DNA from: Psilocybe cubensis
Taxonomy: Eukaryota
DNA: 64,000 nt
Direction: 5' to 3'
NCBI GenBank assembly: GCA_017499595.2
Contig: CM039003.1
Location: forward strand, 2,914,001-2,978,000
Below, in pieces: positions 36,337 through 49,600 of the stretch; the first letter of the stretch is position 1; each line of letters opens with the position of its first letter. The position numbers were made by a program, and so were the translations under genes. The notes beneath the pieces are model-generated. The model was not told where the DNA came from and searched no databases. It saw only the letters and a program-made list of their open reading frames with translations.

Positions 36337-37069
36337 AATTTTTTTGTCGTTTATCTCTTTTCCTTTCAATTGTACATTTGTATTCCTATTTCATCCCATA
36401 GCTCTCGTATTCTAACACTATCAATAATACCATTTTCTTGAGTTTGAACCATTTTTTTGGGATTTACCCTTCATATGTGTCCACAACGGGAAACAACGAA
36501 CTTTGCATTACTCAAGCCTTTACTTATATATTAACGATATGATCTGATTTCGTCGACGTCTATTTGATTTTCCATAATCAAAACAAGTCGGTCTAGTGAC
36601 TGAGCTTGGACATTCTGCTTTGGTAGAGTAACTTTTGTTTGTATAAGTTGAATATGCGAAAAGGCGGGCAAAAGCGAAGCGTTGCCGGGCATGTCACAGT
36701 TAAAACTCTCGTGTTAAGCTAGCTAGCTCACTGCGGGCGACGACTGCTGTAGGTTGAATAAACAGCTACTGTTTTACATGTTTTATGGAAGTTCAACTGT
36801 TTTTAACTTACACTGTACCACAGTCATCGCCTGCCAGTGCAGGCTCAGGGCCAAACGCGTCATCGCACGTGACACTAGACGCGACGAATTTCATTTTTGG
36901 AGGATATGCTGGGTGTATGACAACCAAACTCCACCGCCCTCTTTTTCCCTTTCTCTCCATCTCTTTTCTCGCCGCTTTGCTATATATTCCAACTGACCAC
37001 GACAAACCACCAGTCGGGCGCGTGTTGGCTACGTTACGAATTTGAACGACCTACCACCGCAGATAAGAA

Positions 37070-38225
37070 ATGGTTGCGTTACCCGCCCTTAAAAAGATCA
37101 GAATCGTTGCTCTCCCACTCACGCGCCCGAGCGGAACAATGCTCTCATCGGGTCAACTGGGCCGCTTGACGTACTACCAATTCCAAATCTCTGCGAAGCA
37201 GAAGCAGGCGTCAGCGTCGGAGAAGGGTCAGGTCGCTGTTGATGGCGAAGCTGAAGTGGAGAAGAAGGGGTGGTTGCCGGAGGAAGGAGTAACCAACTGG
37301 GTTTCGAAAAAGGCGGCGGATATTTGGGCTGGGTTCGGGAAAGCAAAAGGGGGCTGGAAGGTACGTGTATTTCCTCTGGACTTTTACCATCTCGTTGAAA
37401 GGCTTTCTGTGGGGTAGTTGAAGACTTTCCAGCTCGGAGAAAAGATGGTGGATAGACTTGAATTTGAAGAACTGGCTCTTAAGAGCTTCGATCCTTCTAT
37501 GGGCCCTTCGATTACACAGCTCAAGCGCAGTCCGGTCTTGGACAAGAAGAAGCCTACGATAGTGAGTTTAAAGCTTGTTTGTCTTCGCGTCCTTTTATCA
37601 AATACAGGTGTAGATCCCTCTCATATACCCTCCATCACAATTAACGCCTTCGGCAGCATTATCAGAGTTGAGCGCGTATACGGGGCATCGAATGCCGCGC
37701 CATCGACGTGGATTCTTCTTCTGGATGGCGGTCGCTCCCCTTACTGCGCCTTTCATGCTTATTCGTGAGTTCCTGATGATGTACATGGCATTTTGAAATT
37801 AACTGCTTCTATCTAGCCATTGTTCCCAATCTGCCGTTCTTCTTCTGTGTATGGCGATCATGGTCACATTATAGAGGTACGAATCCATCTGTTCAGCTTG
37901 ACAGAAATTTATTTATGTGTGGACAGCATACAAATCTTCCCAATACCTGCACTCCCTTCTAGAGCATAGACTAATTGTACCAGAAGCAAGCGACGAGCTG
38001 GATCAAGTATACCAAACACATTCAATACCCCCACCTCCGCTTCAGCCGTCATCCACTGCGTTTGATACAGATGTACCTCGGCACGCTCTTCTACTGGATC
38101 GAGACGCGGTGCCCGCTATCCTATCCTTGTTGTCGTTGAAAACCGAGTCGACTGCCGCGGCGGACCTGTATCGCGCGGTGGAACAGGCTCGGGTGAGGGT
38201 GTCGTCTGGCCGTGCACAGCTCTAG
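37070..38225 (+). CDS. Mitochondrial K+/H+ exchange-related protein (YDL183C-like family)
   Basis: RIVALPL..YYQF; KAADIWAGFGKAKGGWK; DRLEFEELALKS; APLTAPFMLIP.VPNLPFFFCVWRSWSHYRAYKSSQYL. Confidence 0.75.
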
Positions 38226-39026
38226 GTGAGGGAGGGAGGGTTATACTTGTTGATATTATTTGCGTAATGGTTATGGATATGTGTATATTTTGTGCTAGTT
38301 AGATTAGAACAAGGGCAAATCGCGATGTAGCTCTAATGTACATAATTGTAATACCTTTCTCATTCAACCTACAAAAAAGCCGTCTAAACAGTCCACTACC
38401 CCATTGTAGACCACATCGTCGCCGGGTTGATCGCTGATTACTTTGATATTCGTAGTATCACATTGTTAGCGCTGAAAAGTATGATATTCCAACAGAATCA
38501 TAATTTGATGCTGTGTACAACCGACAAAGATGGAAAGTGATGTGATGTTCCTCCGGGCCAAGCAGTGGAGAGGGTAATAAGTCTAGTCATGAGTCGATCC
38601 ACAGCGCAAGTTAGGGGTTTCTGTTGCGCAGAACGGTTTAATGGATAGCACGTGCTCGTCCAACCCGATGTCAACACGCCCCGCCATGCAGTTTGCTCTA
38701 AACTCAAACCTCCAGATCTGAAGGCTGAAGCTGGTCGCCGGCAATTTAACTCTGCTATAAATTTTACACTTGTCCAATGAAGAACCCATTAGGAACGATA
38801 CTCACCGGCAGCCACAGCACATGAGAAATTTCCGTAAAGATAGCCTCTCCAGGTGTGCAAGCTTTTTTTTACATGGGAGTCTCTCCAAGGTTGTACTAGG
38901 ATATCACCGCTCAAGAGACTGTCATCAAGAGACGAACTCTTGATAAAATATTCTGCCCGTTATGATTCATGTATAAAGCCATCTTGGGCCCCATCCTACC
39001 CACCATTTGCTCCCCCGAAGTCGGCG

Positions 39027-42000
39027 ATGGAGGATTTAGTGGTACAGTTTTCCAAGCATACATCATTCAATCCTTTAGGATCCCAAGAAGAAGTTGGATA
39101 TGCGTGAGTGTTCAGAATCTTGAGATAGATCTCCTGCTCTCCTAATCTTACAGAGACCGTTCAGAATCGAGCCTCGCTTCATACCGTTTCTTGTGGCATC
39201 CGCTGTTTTGACCTGGCAGACTGTCGATTGCACTGTCTATATTTTAAAGCCCTCTTCTGAAAATGGTCAAAACGAAGCGCCCATGTCTATCTGGGCACGT
39301 TTTCATCGCCTGGTTAAAGGGATCATGGAAGTCCAAGTGCTACAAGATGGATCTTACGCGCTATTTGCTTATTCGATGGCACGTTTGATTGGCACCTTTG
39401 CTCTGGTATATCTTTTCGTGGCGTCTGCAAGAACTGGGGAGTGCATTGAGTGGGTCAACCGGGCACCTTTCATATTCTGTCCGGAGGATTCGCTTACAAT
39501 CACATTTGTGCATTTTTTGTTGCTTCTTCATTCAACATCTGAACAAATTGTCCACAGGTATATTGTGTGCTCCTGGCAGCTGCGTCTTTGAGCCCGAACA
39601 CAAGATTGATGATTTCCCCTGTAAACTTGTACAATGCAATTGTACTCGCCGCATTAGGGGTATATTACTATCGTGATCTTTGGCCTTTAGCCACATACAA
39701 TTTACAACCTATCGACGCCGAACTCGAAGGAAACATGATTTGGTTTAAAATTGCCATTCTTACTACAGTTGGGGTAATTATTCCGTTTCTCCAACCTCAC
39801 CCATACATTCCTGTGGACCCAAAGGCGCCGTCATCAGAGCTTCACCCAGAGCAAACTGCTTCCTGGTCTTCTCTTTTTACGTATACATTCATGGATCCTA
39901 CTGTTCGACTTGCCAGCAAGGTTCCGCATTTAAGACACGATCAACTCCCTCAGCTTGCAGACTATGACCATGCGCAGTATCTCACGACGACAGCTGCAAA
40001 GGTATGATGTTTTTGAATCTGTTTCTGTGGAAAGCTGATATTTGATCAGTATATCGACACTTTCAGTGGAGCTAAAGATAGACATATCTTTTTTGGCTTG
40101 ATAGAGTACCTGTGTAAGTTTAGCATCCGTGTCCGAGAACCCCATCCGTCGTGCACAAGGGTGACCAAATTTTCGGACAGATAAAGAATACCTTGTTATT
40201 GCCCTCTGTTTATCACTCATGGCCGCCTCCAGCTTCGCCACGCCAATTGGCATAAATAAAACGCTCAAGTAAGTATCTCAGAATATTTGTTTACGTCATG
40301 ACTGAGCATAGATTTTTATTCGGCTTGTTAGCTATCTTGAAGGACGGCACCATGGCATTGAACCTTCTATCAAACCTTGGGTCTGGATCTCTCTCATGCT
40401 GCTTGGTCCGATTTCGAAATCTCTAGTCGAGAACTGGGGCTCTTATGTGTTGCAAACAAAGGTCAACATTCGTATTCAAGCGTTAATAAGACAACTGGTA
40501 TTCGAACATAGCCTGCGAATCAGGATGAACGCTGACACGGAAGAACTGGAATCAGTCGAGGATGATGCTGCACAAGCTCAAAGCGATGCTGGTACCATTG
40601 TATCTGTGGCAGCCAATACTGATGGAGCTGCTGACGATGGTGCTCAAACTACGGATGGTTCTGTCAAAGTTGATTCCTCCTTAGAATCTACGGAAGTCGA
40701 CTCTGATGATGAGCCGACACGGTCACAAAAGGAAACAGCTTCGGAACATTCTGTCCTTCCACCGTCAAAGAAACCTCCCGTTCAGGCTAAAAATCTTATT
40801 GGAAAACTGAATAACTTAGTGACGAGTGATCTCTTCAATATTGTGGAATGCGGTGACTTCCTAACAATCGGTGAGTGAGTTTCAAGTGATCGCACCGTGC
40901 TTTACTGATAACTAGGTAAAGGCTTTTACATTCCCATGCAAATAGTCTTTTCCATCATATTTCTGTATCAAATGTTCGGTTGGAGGTGAGCAAAGTAGCC
41001 TTTCTGACAACAGACAGAAGCCCACGTATCCTAGCTCCATTGTAGGCCTTGTTGTGAGCGGCGTACTAGGACCAGGCTTTGCACTTATTGGCAAGAAGGT
41101 TCAAAAGGTCCAGAAGATAAGAATACAATTCGTCAGTATGATAATTGATATATCTATACACATTATGACCAATTGTACAACCTTTCCAGACAGACGCCAG
41201 GATTCAAGCCATATCAGAAGGTGGGTATCTTGGATGTCACCGCGCTGTAACTTCGAGACCCATCCAGATTCTTTCTGACAGCTATGGGCGTCATACGGAT
41301 GATCAAAATGTTTGGCTGGGAAGATAAAATGGCGAAACGTCTTGCTCGTGGGCGAGAGATGGAGTTGAATTGGATATGGAAAGCAAAGGTCAGAATATTG
41401 TAGATTACTCAGGTTCGTAAACTATTGAACTTTATGTCTTTTACCTTCGATATCAGGTTCTTGAAATCATCAACAACATTGTCGCGTAAGTACATTGGCA
41501 ATGTGCTTTCCTTATGCTTAATCTCAAGTTGTTGCTGTTAGATCGTTGATACCGACGATTTCAATGTTTGTCACATTCGCAGTATACACTGGAGTTATGA
41601 AAGAAAGACTTACAGGTTCGAATCAGTTATTAAAGTTGAGGACTGACAATGGTTTCACATACTAACTACGTACCCTTTGCAACACAGCCTCTAAAATCTT
41701 CTCGAGCAGCATTGTCTTTGGTATATTCAGACAACAAATTTCAAACCTATCTCGGAAGCTCGTTTATATTATTCAAGGTGAATATGTTGCACCTTTGATC
41801 TACATTGGAGCACCCTTAACATCTCACACAGCAAAGGTTTCTCTGGACCGCGTCAACTCTTTCCTTCGAGAAACTGAGCTTCTTGACCGATTTACGGAAG
41901 GAACAAACTCGTCAGCAGCTGAAAACACAGGTGTCATTGGAAACGTGGCGGAGGTCGACATCGGGATTAGAAATGCTTCCTTTACATGGGGTGCAAAAGA

Positions 42001-45000
42001 CATTCAAGATGTCACACGACCATCACCGTCAAGGAATTTTAGGCTTAGAATCGTTGGCGACCTTATTTTCAAGCGTGGTTGTGTTAACCTCATCACTGGA
42101 CCTACGTGAGACAAACAAACTCCTTTAAAACTGCGTTTATTTAGCATTTTTGGCAGAGGATCTGGGAAGACCTCCATGCTGATGGCACTACTTGGTGAGG
42201 CGTGAATATTATTTGAGTCCTTCAATACTAATTCACAAATGATACAGGCGAAATGCATTTTATTGCCGACACCCAAACATCGTGGGTTAAACTACCCCGT
42301 CAGGGTGGAGTAGCATATGCTGCCCAGGAGTCTTGGGTTCAAAATGCAACGATTAAAGAGAATATACTCTTTGGATCGGCCTTTGACGAAGAGAGATATA
42401 AGAAAGGTGAGCTATCGTGATTTCTCTACCTATGCGGCGTTTACTTAGCTAGTACAGTGATACATCAATGTGCGCTGGAAAAAGATTTGGAACTATTTGA
42501 AGCCGGTGATAACACCGAGGTTGGGGAGCGGGGTTTGACCGTGAGGTGGGCATTGTCTTTTCAAGATTAAAATGGGCCTTACTAAGTGGCTTTACAGCGG
42601 TGGTCAGAAGGTTGAGATTTATTTATGAAAATCCACCTCTTTTTTGCTAAGTTGATGGTGTTAGGCGCGGTTGACTCTTGCCAGAGCGATTTACTCTTTG
42701 GCTGAAATCATTCTTTTGGACGATGTGCTTGCTGCTCTTGATGTGCATACGTAAGAGGTATATCTTTTTTTCAAAATGTCATGTTATATATCTATCATAT
42801 AGGTCGGTTTGGATCATAGAAAAGTGCTTTTGGGGGGACCTTGTGAAGGGCCGGACCGTTCTGCTAGTTGTGAGTTGTTGATGGTCCAGATTTCTTTTGG
42901 CGCCTAACCTTTGTCCAGACTCACAATATAACATTGGCCAAACCCATTGCAAGCTTAATTGTGAAGCTTGGACTTGACGGTAGTATTAATATAGTGCACA
43001 AGAACAGTAATGAAATGAATCCGGAAGATGTTTCTCACAGCGAGACGGGTCCTCTGTCTGTGTCCAAAGACAATGACGCTTCGACATCTCAACCCGTCGG
43101 CGATGGAAAACTTGTGATGGCCGAAGAAATTGTAGAAGGCCGTGTCACGTGGAGGTCGATATCACTGTTCCTCTCTGGACTGGGCGGTGACCACCCGATT
43201 TTCTTTGCACTACTCTGGATAGCGTCACTTGCGGCATCTCAAGGATTTTATCTCCTTCAACCATGGTATCTAGGTGTCTGGGGATCTCAATATGAGACTC
43301 ACGCACCGTCGGAAATCCACCTTTCGTAGTACGTGATTTACCGCAGTCTACGCCTTCTTTCTTGCAGTGTTGATCTTGTTTCTAACGTGTGCTATAATTG
43401 AATAGCTATCTGCTTGGGTTTTCAGCTATCATTATTTTGAGAGTTATTCTCAATTGTTTAACAGCGTGCATTCTTGGCATTCGCGCTATTAGAGCATCTC
43501 GAGTCATCCACTATAAACTCATTGACTCCGTCCTTGGAAGCACTTTACGGTACGCATAATCTTATACAAGAGCTCGTCAAGTTGCCTTCTCTGAAATCTT
43601 GCTTTCAAATAGATGGTTGGATGAGACACCGACCGGGCGTATAATATCCCGGTGTACTGGTGACATCGAAACCGTGGATTTTTGGATGATACAATCCGTG
43701 CAATACGTTGTGGATATGTCCGCCGGAATGCTTGCCACCTTGGCAACTATTGTTCTCTTTACACCTGTGTTCGTAATCCCTGGCATAATTGCTGCGTTCT
43801 TTGGGGTACTCTTGGGCAACCTGTATCTGAAAACTCAACTATCTATGAATCGGGAGATGAGGTTTGTCGCATGACTTCATCGATGCATTGTATTTTAATT
43901 TGCTTTCAAGTAATGCTCGTTCTCCCTTACTTGCCCATTTTAGTGCTGCCATGCAAGGCCTTGGTAAGTAGGATATCCTCCAACGCAACGATTACTAATC
44001 ATGTTAACAGTGTCGATTAGAGCGTATGGTGCCCAAAGGGCCTTTTCTGAAGAATCGCTGCGACGTATCGACTTTCACTCGCGTGCAGACAGGGCATCTA
44101 CGACGATGTACAAATGGATTAATGTGCGAGTAGATATCCTAGGAGCAGTCTTCACGTCATCCCTCGCATTCTACCTTGTTTACGTTGGTGACTTGGGTGC
44201 ATCTAACACAGGATTCTCTCTCAACTTGTCTTCCATGTTCTGTATCTATGTCTTTTATCTTATACGCTTCATCAACGCATTAGAAACCGACTCTAACAGG
44301 CAAGCCTTTTTCAGTCATTATATTTTGTTTGTTCTGTTTTCAACAGCTTGGAACGTATACAAGGCTATCTGGATATTGAACACGAATCAAAACCGACCCA
44401 AACTGGTGAGCCTCCAGCCGCCTGGCCAACAAGTGGCGAGATTCGCGTGGAGGGTTTAAGTGCTAAATACTCAAAGGTATGTTCTCAGCCTCATTTTTAT
44501 TATTTCCCACTTTGAATATTCTTCCTTAGTCTGGTCCAAATATTCTGCACGACCTATCCTTCCATATATTGTCTGGCCAGCGAGTGGGAGTTGGTGCGTG
44601 ATAAAATCAATTCTACAGACTATTAGCTGAACCTGAAGCAATAGTGGGCCGTACTGGTAGTGGAAAGGTATCGTAATTCGTGTACGGATAATTTGATCAC
44701 TCACGAGATTCGGACAGAGCTCTTTGACCCTCGCGCTATTGAGATGCATTCTCACAGAAGGAACCGTGCTCTATGACGGCCTTGATACGAGTACAATCAA
44801 TTTAGACGCATTGAGATCTAACATAACCATTATCCCGCAAGTGGTGAGCTTGACACGGTTACATTTTACATTACTGGCTTATGGGTTAATCGCTGTGCAG
44901 CCGGAACTACTGAGCGGTACGCATCTGAAGTTAATTTCTTTTTTTTCAACTCACCTACGCCGGTATTTAATTTTAGGCACACTGCGTCAAAATTTGGACC

Positions 45001-45763
45001 CATTCGATCAGCACGATGACAATGTGTTGAATGACGCTTTGCAATCATCTGGCCTGTTTTCAATTCAAGAAAGGTCGTCCGAGAATGTTCGGCTGAATTT
45101 GGAGACCCAAATTGCAGGAGGTGGAAGCAACCTCTCTGTTGGTCAAAGGCAGATCATAGCCCTTGCCCGCGCCATGGTGCGTAAGAGTAAGCTCCTGATC
45201 TTGGATGAAGGTTAGTCTTTATGAGGTTGATTTTAATATATCAGTTTTCCTAAGACATCGTTACATTTTTAGCGACGTCTGCAATCGGTCAGTGGATACT
45301 GAAGTTTGTAATAACCAAGAAGGCTGAATATTTGGTTAAAGACTACAACACCGACTCTCTCATTCAAAATACATTGCGAAGCAAGCTCGGATCTGATGTC
45401 ACTGTCATAATTGTTGCACATCGTTTGCAGACCATCATGGACGCAGACAAAATAGTAAGTGCATATTGACTCCATGATATCGATGTCTTGCTGAACAGTG
45501 AAAACCCCAAGATGGTTCTGGATAACGGTAAAATCGTGTGTGGTATCTCTCAATTCCTCTGATATTGACTAATTAATGCCTTGAAATGCTAGGCCGAGCT
45601 TGACACTCCTAAGACTTTGTTATCCAATAACACAGGGATGCTTCATGCATTGGTCGAGAGAAGCGCAGACAAAGAGATGTTGTATGAGCTGGCGGAAAAA
45701 AAATCCTATGTAGTTCCTCTACTGACAATTGACGCGTGTGCAAAATCTAATGCGCACAATTAA
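39027..45763 (+). CDS. ABCC (MRP/Ybt1-like) full-size ABC transporter, many introns
   Basis: [21 protein letters not shown]1 [42 protein letters not shown]2 [43 protein letters not shown]. Confidence 0.93.
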
Positions 45764-46692
45764 GATGTAAAATCAAAAAAACAATGAACTACTCTACGTT
45801 CTCTTTGATGCTTGAGGACTGAAAGTATCGTGATCTCACTCAACATAATATAGTCGAAATTTTAGGATTGGATCTATTTCCTTTCAGTCCACCTCGCATT
45901 CCTGGATCATCCTTCATCCCCTCTTCGCCATTCCCAGGCTCCCTCTCCATCGCGTCTAATATTTAAACTCATATGCCAGTATAGCAATATGGCTGCCATG
46001 AGAGCGCCCTTGGACACTTCAACAGAATCCAATTTGGTACGCGCTTGTTTTTCTATTACTTGATCTTTCGGTAGTTATCCCTACCATAGCATCTGACGAT
46101 GTGTCAGTAACGCCCTAGTTGGCTGTGCGTTAACACATGACCCAACATTGGCAGTTTCTAACAATTTTGCTTTCCTTGCTAATTGGATTTGGGTGCGCGG
46201 GTTGCAGAAGCTCGTTTTTTTTGTTTAAAAACAACCTAGCATATTCTCCCGTTGTGCCGGTATTTCCCGGCATCACGCGTCACGTACCTTACGTCGCACA
46301 ATTGCAAACACCGCAAGGAATGCTAGTTTACACCATCTTTCACTCCGTCTCAGGCCTTCCCTGGATTCTACGGTGCACGGATGATTCTTGGCTTGTACGT
46401 ATGCCATCCTCCTTTCATGACACTCACATCCCTTGATGCATCGCTTAACCTATTACTCAATTCTTCATGGACAGGCTTTCCTTGGATTTTCCACTCTTTT
46501 TCCACCCACAACAATGTCCGTCATCAATGGTATCTACACCTGGTGATTGCACATGACGGTGTGAGAGCACCTCAGTTGATTTGCTAGGTTATCCCTGAGA
46601 GGCTGTGTGCGGGCGCCCCTTTAAGCTGAATCCAAATCCGTGCAAGGGCGCAGCGCCCGAAGAATAAGCGCTTACACCGAGACAACAGTAGA

Positions 46693-49600
46693 ATGGATCG
46701 CTTGGGCTTGTTGGTTGATATTACTGGTGCGTTGGCTAACAAATAATTCTACAAAACAAACTTATAGAAATCCTTAGTGCATCGGGCTATTCAACTTCCA
46801 GATTTGAAGACTTGGGGAGGGGATAACAGGAAATTTTATGCGACAGTCATTCATTCAAACCAGAAGAAGGAGACGAAAGCCATTCGCAGCGATGGGACTA
46901 CTGTGGAATGGAACCAGAAATTTGCTTCTCTGTAAGAAAACCAGTACCCTTACCATTTGAGCGGCAGGTAACAGCGATGTCAGATCGGTGCACCTACCTG
47001 CTCAAATCTCTTTGTCCATTTATGCAAAGCATCGTATACATGCGGATCTTCTTATTGGAAGCATTGATGTCACGCTGGAAGCCGCAACCGGTAAGCTGTA
47101 CCAGTTTTCTTTATAGATTAAGCTTATAGAATTGAAGAGGCATCGTTCCAAATTATCACGCCCGGTCATAGTGAGCTAGCGCCAATCATAATCTTAACCA
47201 TTGATGTCAACGGAACTGGCCGTCCGACTGCGCACATGGACGTTAGCTCCTCATCTCATTCTAGCGTAACAAAATCCACAGAGAGCTCACCTGAGTTATC
47301 GATGCAACGGGCTCCAGAAGATGACACACTAGTGCATGCACGAAACGCTTTGAACAGTGCAGATGAAGCTGTAGAAGGAATGGAGGTGTTCAGAGAGTGG
47401 ACTGAGACTGTTGAAAATGTTCAGTGGATCATGGACGTTATGCAAGATGTTGCAGGAGTGAGTTCCAACTTACCTGATATTATGCTCCATCTAAAATGTT
47501 CAGATTCACCCCTATGCTAAAGCAGCCTGGGTTATGATCTCCGCAATACCTCAGGTATTTTTCTTTTGAATCCTACAACGACCATCTGCTTACCTGTACC
47601 GTTAGACATTTCTAGAACAATTTGAACGTGATCATAACATCGAAACACTGGTGAAAACTATGCGGGAGACATTCGACTTGACACAAGCTGAAGATATACT
47701 CAAGACCATCAACCCGAATTCACATCAAGCACTCATCCTCAAAGTGATGCTCAAGCACATCTTGATATGCAATGAGATCATTCAACGATACGCGAAGGAT
47801 ACAGATTTTTGTACGTTGCCCAAGTTTTTATTTCCCTGTTTGAGAATCAAAGTAATGTTTTCTTAGATGCACGATTGCTGAAAAATATCACGGGGAAAAT
47901 CAGTGAAGAGATTCAGCGCCTTTGCAACACGCTTATGAAGCTTCGGCGAGACTTACTCGACAACACCGTCATCAATATGCAAATTGCGGTTCATATGATA
48001 CAGAAAAGTATGACTATACTTTCAAATGAGTTGACAAATCTTGGTGTGCATCTTCCTCTATGTCCGGTCCGGTAAACTGATACCTTAGGTCAGACTTTGA
48101 GATCAAATTGAATGATTTACCATATAAATCTGGGTGGAACTCAACCGCTAACAAGGACGGTTGCCTTGAAGGCACCCGCGCTGACCTCCTAGAATATATT
48201 CTTGAATGGATCAAGAATCCAGAATCGGTGCAGGGTCTTATTCTTTTCGGTAAGGCAGGTACTGGAAAGTCCTCAATAGCGTTCGAAATCGCTTCGCGTT
48301 TCTGTTTCGAGGAATATCCCGGCTCCTATTTCATTTTTACCCGTGCCCAAAAATCGACACAGAAAGATTACCATCTCTTTACCACCATCATTCGCGACAT
48401 GTCTGATCATTACCGCTCGTTCAAGCGTGCATTGGGCGAATTAATCATTAATAACACACCACTTCGAACGTCCGATGACTTCAACCAGCTGTTCAATACC
48501 CTTCTCTTGGAACCACTTGAAGCTGTAGGCGCTACCAACGACCCGTATCTCATCGTCATTGATGGTCTGGACGAGAGTGCCGATCCAGAGAAGCTTGCTG
48601 CGTTCCTGAGTCGATCTCTTCAACGATTACCCCAAAATATCCGAGTCTTTATAACCTCGAGATCGGAAGGCGACATTGAAAGTTGTTTCCCTGCAGTGCA
48701 TGATTCTGCATACGAGATCCATCACATGGATGATCCTGAACTGGTAATTCGATTGGAGGACGATATCCGGCTTTACTTCCGAAAGCATCTCACAGCAGAC
48801 ATCTTCCAAAGGCACGGAGAGGAGCTTGTAAAGAGAGCAGAAGGTCTATTCCAGTGGGCGGCTGTTGCGTGTGGGTATCTCAATAAGCGTCCGGCGGGAT
48901 ATACTGAGAAGGACTGTCTACGGGGCCTTCTCGGCCAAGAAGAGAGTGATAAATTGTACACCTACGAACTTCAAAGCACAAAACTATACAAGCTGTACGA
49001 TGAAGTCTTGTCAGGCTATTTCACATCCAACATCACCCGTCCCCGATTTCGATCCGTTATGGGTCACATTTTATGTGCGTTTGAACCATTGTCTATCAAT
49101 ACGCTTTGGGCCCTGCGAAAGTTCATGCCCGGAAACGACAGCGATTTGGAATCAATTCTTGCAGTGGTGAAATTCATGGGGTCGCTTCTTTCCAATGTCA
49201 CCTCAGATGACCTTAATCTACCTGTGGTCCCTCTCCATACATCTTTCCGCGATTTTCTGACCGACAAGTCCAATCTCCACCCCTTTTCTCTCGATTTAGG
49301 TGTATCTCATCGGGACCTTACTCACGCATGTCTCAACCTGATGCTTGATGATCGTCACGGCCTCAAATTCAACATATGTGGACTGGAGTCATCACATAAG
49401 CGAAACGCCCAGGTCAGCGATTTGCAAGTGCGTGTGGAGAAATTTATATCAACACAATTACTCTATGCATGTCGATTCTGGGACGACCACCTAAAATTAG
49501 TTGACTTCGATGAAAACCTCGTTCGAAAGATCGAAAAATTTTTCTCGACAAAGTTCTTGTTTTGGTTGGAGGTGTTAAGTGTGACGAACACCATCCCGCT